Shown: in pieces, positions 49,115 to 56,680 of the stretch
Numbering within the stretch: the first letter of the stretch is position 1
Layout: each line of letters starts with the position of its first letter
IMG/VR virus record: IMGVR_UViG_3300042350_005891
Source of the DNA: an uncultured virus (IMG/VR IMGVR_UViG_3300042350_005891)
Lineage: Duplodnaviria; Heunggongvirae; Uroviricota; Caudoviricetes
Length of the DNA stretch: 64,000 nucleotides
Strand: one strand, 5' to 3'
Program-made: the position numbers and the translations under genes
Notes under the pieces: generated by a model
Databases searched by the model: none
Told to the model about the DNA's origin: nothing
The model's input: only the letters and a program-made list of their open reading frames with translations

Positions 49115-49897
49115 ATGGATAAGTATCCAAGGTCGAGTCGTTTATTTGATGCTGTACAAATAGTTGAGAGTCTTGGAAATGCTTTTGACCAAGAGAAATC
49201 TATGGATCAAATTTATAGAGAGACAGCCAAAAAATTTAACTTGGATGAAAAACTGTTAAGACAGGCTATGGAAAACCCAGAACTTTTTGAGCCGATTAAA
49301 AATACCCCAACAACTAGTAGCGTTGGTGCTCAAAAGATTGCAAAGCCAGCTACCGAAATGACTGAGGGTGTGGCTGCGACGCAAGACGTTATTAACAAAT
49401 TGAGGCAAGGAAAAATGACTGAGGGTGTGGCTGTGCCGAAGGGTGCTCCTAGTATTCCGCCCGCGCCAAAACTCCCTAAGAGCATTCAGGATAGGATTGA
49501 TGCACAAAAAGTTGAGGCTGTCATTAATGCACGAAGAGGAATGACTGAGTCATTGCCTAAGTCTGCATTTGGAAACGAAGTTGAGGATTATCTGAAAAAA
49601 CAGTCGGGCGAGATGGCGAAAGCAGCGGAAAAAAATATAGTCAAGGCTGGGTCTGCCGGAAAAGTTCTTCGCGGGCTTGGTAAGGTTGCCGGCCCTGTGG
49701 GTGCGGCTTTGACTGCCGTCGACATGGGCGGGGCTCTTTCCGAACTCCGCAAGCTCGGTGCTGAAAAGATTGCCGAAGAAAATGAAGTTAAGGAGATGCA
49801 GGCACCTGTTTCACAACTGCGAAAATACACTCCGGAAGAGCGGCTTCGCGTCAAAGAGATGCTTAAAAAACTGAGGTCCGAAGCCAAACTGCGTTAA
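49115..49897 (+). CDS. Hypothetical protein with MTEGVA repeats
   Basis: 260-aa ORF with a 21-bp direct repeat. Confidence 0.65.
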   Translation: MDKYPRSSRLFDAVQIVESLGNAFDQEKSMDQIYRETAKKFNLDEKLLRQAMENPELFEPIKNTPTTSSVGAQKIAKPATEMTEGVAATQDVINKLRQGKMTEGVAVPKGAPSIPPAPKLPKSIQDRIDAQKVEAVINARRGMTESLPKSAFGNEVEDYLKKQSGEMAKAAEKNIVKAGSAGKVLRGLGKVAGPVGAALTAVDMGGALSELRKLGAEKIAEENEVKEMQAPVSQLRKYTPEERLRVKEMLKKLRSEAKLR

Positions 49898-49902
49898 GCT
49901 GT

Positions 49903-50970
49903 ATGGCCGTTTCCTCGGATTACCAGCGCAGGTTACAGGCCCTCCGGTCCAGCAGTGGGCCGTCGTTGTCCGTTGAACAGGCCAATGCGATGCGGGCCCA
50001 GGCCGAGCTTGAGGCCATGACCCCGGAGCAGAGACGCGCACGCTACTCCCAACAGAACCAACCCCTACCGGTTTACGAGCTTGGAAAAAATATTGCCACC
50101 GGCGAAACGGTTATGACAAATCAGCCGGCCCAGACGATGGCCGAGCGGGACAAGCGATTGGCTCAATTCACCAAATCCAATCCGGTGCAGGGAGCCAAGT
50201 TGCGTGGCGATATCAAACCTTATAAGGGAATGGGAACGGAAAATTTTGAGATGGCGCAAATGGCTGACGAGGCCATGTTCAATCAACCCGAAGTTCCGGA
50301 AGCCCCGGCGGGTTCGCAGATGCCTCCGGCCAGAAAAGAAAATATAAGCGTGCCGCAACTGCTGACCGACATGCGGTATTTCGTAAGCCCCCAGTTCAAA
50401 ATGCCTACCACTCCCGAAGCCGGCACAGCGATGACGGCTCCGGAATCAACGGAACCACCCGCTCCCCTTTCCCAAAGCCTGTCGCCGGAAGCCCAGGCGG
50501 TTGTGGCCGTGGGCCAAGCCGCCAAAGCCGCCGGGCCTACCGCCGGCAAAACCCTGCTCAGAGCAGCCGAGCTTGTTCCTGGGGTCGGTGGCATGCTGAC
50601 GCGGGCCCGTATGGTTGCCGCCGCGCCGGAGGTTGGGAAGTTTGTCGCCGGCCCAGGCACACGGGCCGTTCGGGAAATTCAAACACGTGGACAGGAAGCT
50701 GCTCCGAAAGTCGCCATGGACCTTGCGCCGATGGCGATCCGCGCTGGTGTCGCCGGCGCTCGGCTGGCCCCGAAGGTGGGAGCAAAGATCGGATCGGTTG
50801 CCCGCGAAGTTGGAACCTATCAGGATTTGGAAAAGCAGATCGAGGAAAGAGCCAAGAGGCGCAATCTGATGGGTGAACTTTACCCGTTGGCTCTGGCTGA
50901 CGAGCGCAGAAAAGCCGCCGCCTTGTTGCGGCAAGGCGACAAAATCATAGCTCAGGAGGGTAAGAAATGA
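49903..50970 (+). CDS. Hypothetical Ala/Pro-rich protein
   Basis: 355-aa ORF in operon. Confidence 0.65.
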   Translation: MAVSSDYQRRLQALRSSSGPSLSVEQANAMRAQAELEAMTPEQRRARYSQQNQPLPVYELGKNIATGETVMTNQPAQTMAERDKRLAQFTKSNPVQGAKLRGDIKPYKGMGTENFEMAQMADEAMFNQPEVPEAPAGSQMPPARKENISVPQLLTDMRYFVSPQFKMPTTPEAGTAMTAPESTEPPAPLSQSLSPEAQAVVAVGQAAKAAGPTAGKTLLRAAELVPGVGGMLTRARMVAAAPEVGKFVAGPGTRAVREIQTRGQEAAPKVAMDLAPMAIRAGVAGARLAPKVGAKIGSVAREVGTYQDLEKQIEERAKRRNLMGELYPLALADERRKAAALLRQGDKIIAQEGKK

Positions 50971-51107
50971 GAATCCAAAACCTGAATCTAAACCAGAAGA
51001 ACGCCAAGATGCCCACCGTCCGCACCCCGTCCCTCAAGGTGACCAAGGAAAAGGGTTACCCCATGAAGGGCAAGGTTTACAACAAAGGCCGCGGCCTGGG
51101 TAAATAA
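50967..51107 (+). CDS. Small basic protein (46 aa)
   Basis: AGGAGG Shine-Dalgarno; ATGA overlap; ends GRGLGK. Confidence 0.65.
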   Translation: MRIQNLNLNQKNAKMPTVRTPSLKVTKEKGYPMKGKVYNKGRGLGK

Positions 51108-51153
51108 CCCCGTTTTGTTAGAGTAGCGTCTGGGTAAGCCTATGGCTTTAGGC

Positions 51154-51181
51154 TTTACTTCGACCCCCGCTTCTGTAATCT
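51154..51181 (+). promoter_or_regulatory. sigma70-type promoter
   Basis: TTTACT-16-TAATCT, 7 nt before ATG. Confidence 0.55.
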
Positions 51182-51188
51182 AAAGCTT

Positions 51189-52460
51189 ATGCCCGATTAC
51201 TTTCCCGAGATCGACAGACCTCTTTGGTCAGACACGGAAGTACGCTCGCTACAGAAAATAGTCGGCAGACTTGAGGACTCCATCAGCGGGGATCTATTTG
51301 GCCGTACCAAGATTTCCCAGCCCACCACGCTTTTCGATTCGTCCCACGTTTACCAGGACAACGGGCAGTTTGTCGATTCGGTCAACGGAACAGGAGCCAG
51401 CGTAAGTTACTTAGTCAACCAGAGTTCAGCTTCATTGAATGTTGGGACTGCTTCGGGTGAGTATGTCTACCGGGAATCCCGGAAGGTCTTCACATACCAG
51501 CCCGGGAAAAGCTTGCAGGTTCTGCAAACCTTTGTCTTCAACCCGCCGAAAGCCAACCTTCGCCAACGGGCGGGGTACTTCTCCAGCGAGAATGGCTTTT
51601 ATGTAGAGCGGGATGGGACTGATGTTTACCTGGTAAAGCGGTCTTTCATTGGCGGGTCGGTGTCCAATACCAAAGTTCTTCAGGAGCAGTGGAACCGCGA
51701 TCCTCTGAACGGGAGCGGCCCGAGCGGACTCACTCTCGATATGTCCAAGTCCCAGATTCTTTTTTCGGAATACGAATGGCTCGGGGTGGGGTCGGTGGTG
51801 ATGGGTTTTGTGATTAACGGGAACCTGATTGCTGTCCATCAATTTGACAACGCCAATGTAAACACATCGGTTTATATCACGTCCGCCACCCTGCCGGTTC
51901 GGTTTGAAATTGAAAATACCGGGGCCACGGCCAGCTCAAGCTCACTAAAACAAATCTGTGTATCCGTTATTTCCAATGGAGGTTACGAGAAGAAGTCAGT
52001 CCAAAGCATCGCCAGAAGGTCAACGACGGTTGCCGCTACAGTGGCCGGAACCATCTATCCCCTGGTGACGATACGATTAGCTTCTGACAGGCTGAACGCG
52101 GTTATCCTCCCGTCACAATACCATCTTCAGCCGACCTCTTCCGGAAGTTATGAGTATTTTCTCATCCGCAATGGAACGCTTACCGGGGCATCCTATAACA
52201 CGACGGCATTTCCTAATGTGGATTACGACGTGGCGGCTACGGCCATCAGCGGTGGAGAGGTGATCGAACAAGGGTATTTCGATGCTTCTGCCCAGTCAGC
52301 TGCCCCGGCCATAGTAGTGGCTGACTATAACTTTTCTTACCAACTTGGAAGGAATAGTTTTACCGGAGTGAGTGACACGATGACCCTTGCGTTTGCCACG
52401 TTCACGTCGACCGGGTCGCCATCCGCAATTGGGGCGATGGGCTTTTACGATCTTACTTAA
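51189..52460 (+). CDS. Conserved phage beta-rich, probably virion, protein
   Basis: DLFGRTKISQPTTLFDS...YQPGKS...EWLGVG family of aquatic phages. Confidence 0.7.
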   Translation: MPDYFPEIDRPLWSDTEVRSLQKIVGRLEDSISGDLFGRTKISQPTTLFDSSHVYQDNGQFVDSVNGTGASVSYLVNQSSASLNVGTASGEYVYRESRKVFTYQPGKSLQVLQTFVFNPPKANLRQRAGYFSSENGFYVERDGTDVYLVKRSFIGGSVSNTKVLQEQWNRDPLNGSGPSGLTLDMSKSQILFSEYEWLGVGSVVMGFVINGNLIAVHQFDNANVNTSVYITSATLPVRFEIENTGATASSSSLKQICVSVISNGGYEKKSVQSIARRSTTVAATVAGTIYPLVTIRLASDRLNAVILPSQYHLQPTSSGSYEYFLIRNGTLTGASYNTTAFPNVDYDVAATAISGGEVIEQGYFDASAQSAAPAIVVADYNFSYQLGRNSFTGVSDTMTLAFATFTSTGSPSAIGAMGFYDLT

Positions 52461-52562
52461 GCTTGGCCAGCTTCGCCACCTTGATGAGCAGGCCCTGGCT
52501 GGGCCGATAGGAATGGTCGATTAAACTTTTTCTCTGCTTTTTCTTTTTATCCCGGGCCACGG

Positions 52563-52802
52563 TTAGTGGGGCCAGACGGGTTTGTCTGACCAGTCGGTCT
52601 TGATATGAAGCTCACCGTCCTCGAACCACACCTCGATCTCGGGGTGGTATCCCTGAACTAGCTTGTCGTGGAGTTCGTGGAAAGCCTTGCGGGTGACCGT
52701 TAGTTCTCCACCCCTGTTGTCAAGCGCAGCCGCGGCCAAGACCACGCGAAGGAATTGGTCGGACAACTCACCGATTCCGGTGTCAGCAATTTTCTTTCCC
52801 AC
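52563..52802 (-). CDS. Hypothetical protein
   Basis: GTG start 6 nt after TTGACT-16-CAGCAT. Confidence 0.6.
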   Translation of the reverse strand: MGKKIADTGIGELSDQFLRVVLAAAALDNRGGELTVTRKAFHELHDKLVQGYHPEIEVWFEDGELHIKTDWSDKPVWPH

Positions 52803-52808
52803 ATAATT

Positions 52809-52836
52809 ATGCTGACTTAAGGGATTGCCAAGTCAA
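52809..52836 (-). promoter_or_regulatory. sigma70-type promoter
   Basis: TTGACT-16-CAGCAT. Confidence 0.55.
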
Positions 52837-52971
52837 TACAGGGGGGACAAAGTTGGGGATGAGGAATACAAAACGGGATGTTGTGTGGCTTGTGTTCCTT
52901 GTTCTCTATGCCATAACCCGTTCATTGTTTCTGCTTGCCTGTCGCAGAACGTCGGATAGACTAAAAAATCT

Positions 52972-53136
52972 ATGGCGCAAATAGAAAACCCCGAGCCCCC
53001 GAGCGCTCTGATTCTTCCCGAAGAGGTGGCAAGCATACTGCAATTTGCACACGCCTGTTCGAAAGGCATCATCACGCCCGAGGAACTCGGGGTTAAACTA
53101 GCCGAGTTTGAAAAGTGGCTCGACTCCACTTACTGA
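52972..53136 (+). CDS. Small hypothetical protein (54 aa)
   Basis: Translated manually; preceded by TTGCCT-16-TAGACT (52935-52962). Confidence 0.55.
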   Translation: MAQIENPEPPSALILPEEVASILQFAHACSKGIITPEELGVKLAEFEKWLDSTY

Positions 53137-53137
53137 T

Positions 53138-53299
53138 TCAACGCATCAGTATCTTTTTCTGGATTGCCTCGCAGGATTTGCTGTAGATACCCAAAGAATA
53201 GGTATAGCCTACCCAGCAAACCACGATGAGTCCGATGGTCTGAAGCACGACAAAGATCATGCCGACCATCCCCACGGTTTTACCTTTGGGCTTATCCAT
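53138..53299 (-). CDS. Small membrane protein
   Basis: MDKPKGKT followed by a TM helix. Confidence 0.5.
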   Translation of the reverse strand: MDKPKGKTVGMVGMIFVVLQTIGLIVVCWVGYTYSLGIYSKSCEAIQKKILMR

Positions 53300-53504
53300 G
53301 GACACCTGCCAGACGAAGTGCCTCGTCAGCCCCGGCCTTGAACACGTTCTGAAGAACGTCGTCCAAGAATCCGGGAGCCAGCTCGAGTTTAAGGTCAGTG
53401 ACCTGTTCGTTGGCGGCGTCCACCTCTGCGTTGAATGAGATCTTGTGGATGCTGTCACCAGCACCCCAGAGGATCTCGCCTTGTACCTTTTGCGTTTTGT
53501 TCAT
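53292..53504 (-). CDS. Hypothetical protein (MNKTQKV...)
   Basis: GAGG Shine-Dalgarno; ATGA overlap. Confidence 0.6.
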   Translation of the reverse strand: MNKTQKVQGEILWGAGDSIHKISFNAEVDAANEQVTDLKLELAPGFLDDVLQNVFKAGADEALRLAGVHG

Positions 53505-54139
53505 TCTAATACCTCGCTCCAATACCGACTTGTTTTGAATCCCTGCAAGTTGTCCCACCAGATGAATCTGGCCGCGGGTGCAGGGATGCCGTGTTTCCGT
53601 GACTCCGTCCGCCACTCGTCCTCAAGGGCCAAGTATTCGGAACGCGTCACGTGCCTGTCTTTCCCATGGATGGACTTCAGAACCCGGCGGTCCAGACATA
53701 CCACGTCGGACTCACCAAGGTACTTCATCTCCATGTAGAAACTGGACTTGGCTATCGCCAACCCCGGAACCGTGTCAGCAATCCTGTCACGATACTGCGT
53801 AAACGGTTCGTTGGCGTAGCGAACGAACAGATGTGGCTTGGCCTGAAACATCTGATCGAACTTCCAAATGTTGATCGCCTTCGTTTTCCATAGCCCGGTC
53901 TTGGTTTGAAATAACTCAAACTGTAGTTTACCAAGATCAGACTTCCACTTGCCCCGATCCTCGATGGCGCGGAACGCCTTGACGTTTTGCTTCCAACCAA
54001 AGTTCGCAGCCAGGATGGAAAACACCCAGAATCGCCACTCGTCGTCGCGACTCTTAGGTTTGATTTTTTCCCAGTAGTTGACATAACGCGATACCACGCG
54101 GGGTTTGAGCCCGGCGAATACCTCAGCTACCCCACTCAT
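53501..54139 (-). CDS. HhH DNA glycosylase-like protein (OGG-like)
   Basis: FSILAAN...VPGLAIAKSSF...CLDRRVL...YLALE...FIWW. Confidence 0.7.
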   Translation of the reverse strand: MSGVAEVFAGLKPRVVSRYVNYWEKIKPKSRDDEWRFWVFSILAANFGWKQNVKAFRAIEDRGKWKSDLGKLQFELFQTKTGLWKTKAINIWKFDQMFQAKPHLFVRYANEPFTQYRDRIADTVPGLAIAKSSFYMEMKYLGESDVVCLDRRVLKSIHGKDRHVTRSEYLALEDEWRTESRKHGIPAPAARFIWWDNLQGFKTSRYWSEVLE

Positions 54140-54353
54140 AGAACAGGGGTTTCGTCTCTCCTTCGGGAGACGGATGGAGACGCGACTCTCCACCAAACTT
54201 CTCGAGGTCCGCCGTCAGAAGGGCCATGCCCTCCGTGTCGGATACGTATCCCCGGATACTGTCGTTTTTAATCCCATCTTCAAACGACACCCAAGTGTCG
54301 TCCGCGGATAGGAAGGTTTTTGTTTTGGTGTCTACAATACAATAACAACTCAT
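54123..54353 (-). CDS. Hypothetical protein
   Basis: AGGAG Shine-Dalgarno; ATGA overlap. Confidence 0.55.
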   Translation of the reverse strand: MSCYCIVDTKTKTFLSADDTWVSFEDGIKNDSIRGYVSDTEGMALLTADLEKFGGESRLHPSPEGETKPLFYEWGS

Positions 54354-54568
54354 AGGGTTACTCCTGTCTTATGTTCCTTTACCATTTGGCTGATCGCGAT
54401 TACGACCTGGCCTTCAATTGCGCTGATGAATTCCCCGCTCACCCGAGAGGGGACACACTTAAGAGGGGCAAGCCCCATCTCAAGTCTTGTCTTGTTGCGC
54501 TCCTTGAAGTTGGCCGATGCCATGTCCAAGGCGGCGCGTTTAACCGCTGCTTTGTTAATCAAACTCAT
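54350..54568 (-). CDS. Putative phage histone-fold protein (72 aa)
   Basis: LINKAAVKRAA (alpha1)...RVSGEF (L1), long alpha2, GVTL (L2); AAGGAG Shine-Dalgarno. Confidence 0.6.
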   Translation of the reverse strand: MSLINKAAVKRAALDMASANFKERNKTRLEMGLAPLKCVPSRVSGEFISAIEGQVVIAISQMVKEHKTGVTL

Positions 54569-54700
54569 GCTGTGTCTCCTTGAAACCAGATCACTCTGGA
54601 CAATATATTTTCGTTGTAGGGTCTGGCCCACACGGGCCATAACTTGATCCGAACCCCGTCCATTGTTCCGATATAGGCGGACAGGGTAAGGGCAAGCACC

Positions 54701-55366
54701 CTAATGCTTCTTGTAATCAATGGCGAATACACTTTTGTCCCAACACTTTCTACAGTCACCGCACTTGTTTCTTTGCTTCGAAGAAGGGCAGTTGAAGTTG
54801 CCGATCATGCTGGCCCCCGACACCGTCAACCCAAGACGCTGGGCGATACCCACAGGGGCTGGGCCGTCCATCATCAGGGCCGACAGGCGGATGCACAGGT
54901 TGTCGGGAACCTCACCACCACCCTCAATGTAGCTGGACACAAACGCGTACTCGCGGGTGGGTAGCCAGAAGGAAATGTGGGGCAACATCTTTGCCACGTC
55001 CACAATGTTCTTCAGATGCCACACACCTTGAAGATCGCCGGAATCATGCCAGCGGAAGTGGTGGGTTTTTGTCTTCCCGATTAGGTAAGTTATTGCACTT
55101 ACCCAAAGCGGATGGGTCAGGGACTTGAAGCGTTTCTCCATCGCCTCCACGACGTTGGGGAACACGTAGCGTCCCTTCAGCGCGTAGCAAAACGCGCAGA
55201 TACTACCCGCCACCTTCCGCATCTTCTGCCCGATAAGGCAGCGTTTGGCTGGCGTCGAGTATGCGTACCCCGGCATCTTGGAAGGTTTGGAGAGCGTACC
55301 GACTATGCTCTCCGCTTCCTTCTTGTTCTTGAACGGCTGGTCAGCGGGAGTAGATTTTGGATTCAT
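54701..55366 (-). CDS. Gp88-like protein (Cys-rich, radical-SAM-related fold)
   Basis: LSKPSKMPG, CAFCYALKG, FRWHDSGD, FWLPTRE, CGDCRKCW. Confidence 0.8.
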   Translation of the reverse strand: MNPKSTPADQPFKNKKEAESIVGTLSKPSKMPGYAYSTPAKRCLIGQKMRKVAGSICAFCYALKGRYVFPNVVEAMEKRFKSLTHPLWVSAITYLIGKTKTHHFRWHDSGDLQGVWHLKNIVDVAKMLPHISFWLPTREYAFVSSYIEGGGEVPDNLCIRLSALMMDGPAPVGIAQRLGLTVSGASMIGNFNCPSSKQRNKCGDCRKCWDKSVFAIDYKKH

Positions 55367-55604
55367 GTGCCTTCTGGTCCCAGGGTTTCTTGCCCTCGAA
55401 CTTCTCCTTCCGCACCATAATCCCAGCGTTGTCGTAGCCCGTGCACTCGCACCACTCGGGGATAAGAGTCGATGCATCGCGGCCTCGAAGAACCACGCGC
55501 TCGATACGTTCCACCTCTTCCTCGTGCCATCCGTATCCGTAGGGATACTTGGTTCCGGCGATGTCCCGGGCTTGCTTTCCTTTGTATTCAACTTCAGTAA
55601 TCAT
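55341..55604 (-). CDS. Hypothetical protein
   Basis: GGAGG Shine-Dalgarno; ATGA overlap. Confidence 0.6.
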   Translation of the reverse strand: MITEVEYKGKQARDIAGTKYPYGYGWHEEEVERIERVVLRGRDASTLIPEWCECTGYDNAGIMVRKEKFEGKKPWDQKAHESKIYSR

Positions 55605-55759
55605 TTGATCCTCCTTGCCAATTCCTCGGCAATGTGACGGGCATACAGGCTACCGGATTCGTCGCCTTTAGCCGGTCGGGTTTCGGTTCTAGCTTGCGGG
55701 GTCCGGAGTTCCTCAAGCCGTTGTTTTAATTTGTCTGTGGTCATGTATTTGATCTTCAT
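55601..55759 (-). CDS. Small hypothetical protein
   Basis: ORF after the terminator. Confidence 0.45.
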   Translation of the reverse strand: MKIKYMTTDKLKQRLEELRTPQARTETRPAKGDESGSLYARHIAEELARRIK

Positions 55760-55794
55760 AAAATACGGGGGCGTGGGAGTTGCCCACGCCCCCG
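55760..55794 (-). terminator. Rho-independent terminator after rIIB
   Basis: CGGGGGCGTGGG-loop-CCCACGCCCCCG followed by TATTTT. Confidence 0.75.
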
Positions 55795-55801
55795 CCTCCA
55801 A

Positions 55802-56656
55802 TTAGTTGTTTCCGGGCAGGGCGTTCAAGAGCCGGTTAGCCGCCTCACGAATGGCGGTCACCAAGCTGTTGTCACCCGTTGATTCGCTCGCCTCGACGTC
55901 ATCCTCTTCATAGATGTCGTCTTCGACCGAGTCGTACGTTTCTGCGTACGCTTTGGGCAGCGGGCCAGTGTAGTGGGCCACGACCTCATAGCGGGCAGTG
56001 CGAAGCTTCTGGCATTCGCAGTCGTTGGGAACCGAGACGACATCGGCAGGGTTGATCTTGACGATCATTACCTTGCGGTCGCTTCCTCCGAACGTGGTTG
56101 CGTATTCCAGCGAGCCGGCGTGGAAACCATACGAACAACCGTTGTCGGGATTGTCGTCCACGTCGCGCCGTTGGATGCTCAGCACCGAGCCGACCGTGTT
56201 GCTGAACTTGCCGGTGTGGTGGTCGGTGTAGTCGGGTTGAACCGACTTGTAGGCAAGGAAGTGACCGTCCTCGGTGATGGGCAGATGCTCGTGCTCGAGG
56301 AACTTGTACAACTGCGTCCGGCTGTTACGGCTCGGATTGTTGTAAAGATTCTCGAGGAACCTGGTCAGCGGGGCCACCGGAAGATTGTTGGACATGAAGT
56401 CCAGAATCCTCTTGGAGATGACCTCATCAACCGGCTCGCCACGATGGTGGACAGCACCGTCCCGCACCTCGACGTTGTCGCCAAGGTAAGCGGACATGGC
56501 CTGTTGGACATCCATCAGCTTCTCGATGTCAGCTTCGTTGTCCCCGCGGGCGATCGCCTCGATCACCAGTCTCGCGTTGGCGTGGTCACGGCGCAAGGTG
56601 TGAGCCTTGCCGCCGATGACTGCCGTTATACTCTCGTCAGTTACTATGTATTTCAT
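55802..56656 (-). CDS. rIIB: RIIB-like protein
   Basis: FLENLYNNPS...LPITEDGHFLAYK...CSYGFH...VKINPADVVSVP. Confidence 0.9.
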   Translation of the reverse strand: MKYIVTDESITAVIGGKAHTLRRDHANARLVIEAIARGDNEADIEKLMDVQQAMSAYLGDNVEVRDGAVHHRGEPVDEVISKRILDFMSNNLPVAPLTRFLENLYNNPSRNSRTQLYKFLEHEHLPITEDGHFLAYKSVQPDYTDHHTGKFSNTVGSVLSIQRRDVDDNPDNGCSYGFHAGSLEYATTFGGSDRKVMIVKINPADVVSVPNDCECQKLRTARYEVVAHYTGPLPKAYAETYDSVEDDIYEEDDVEASESTGDNSLVTAIREAANRLLNALPGNN

Positions 56657-56680
56657 ACTATTGTTCCTTTCGTTTTTGGT

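Noticed and set aside
52453..52560. 35-aa basic minus-strand ORF (MARDKKKK...)
   Set aside because: Too short and without a clear RBS; it could be a convergent terminator region
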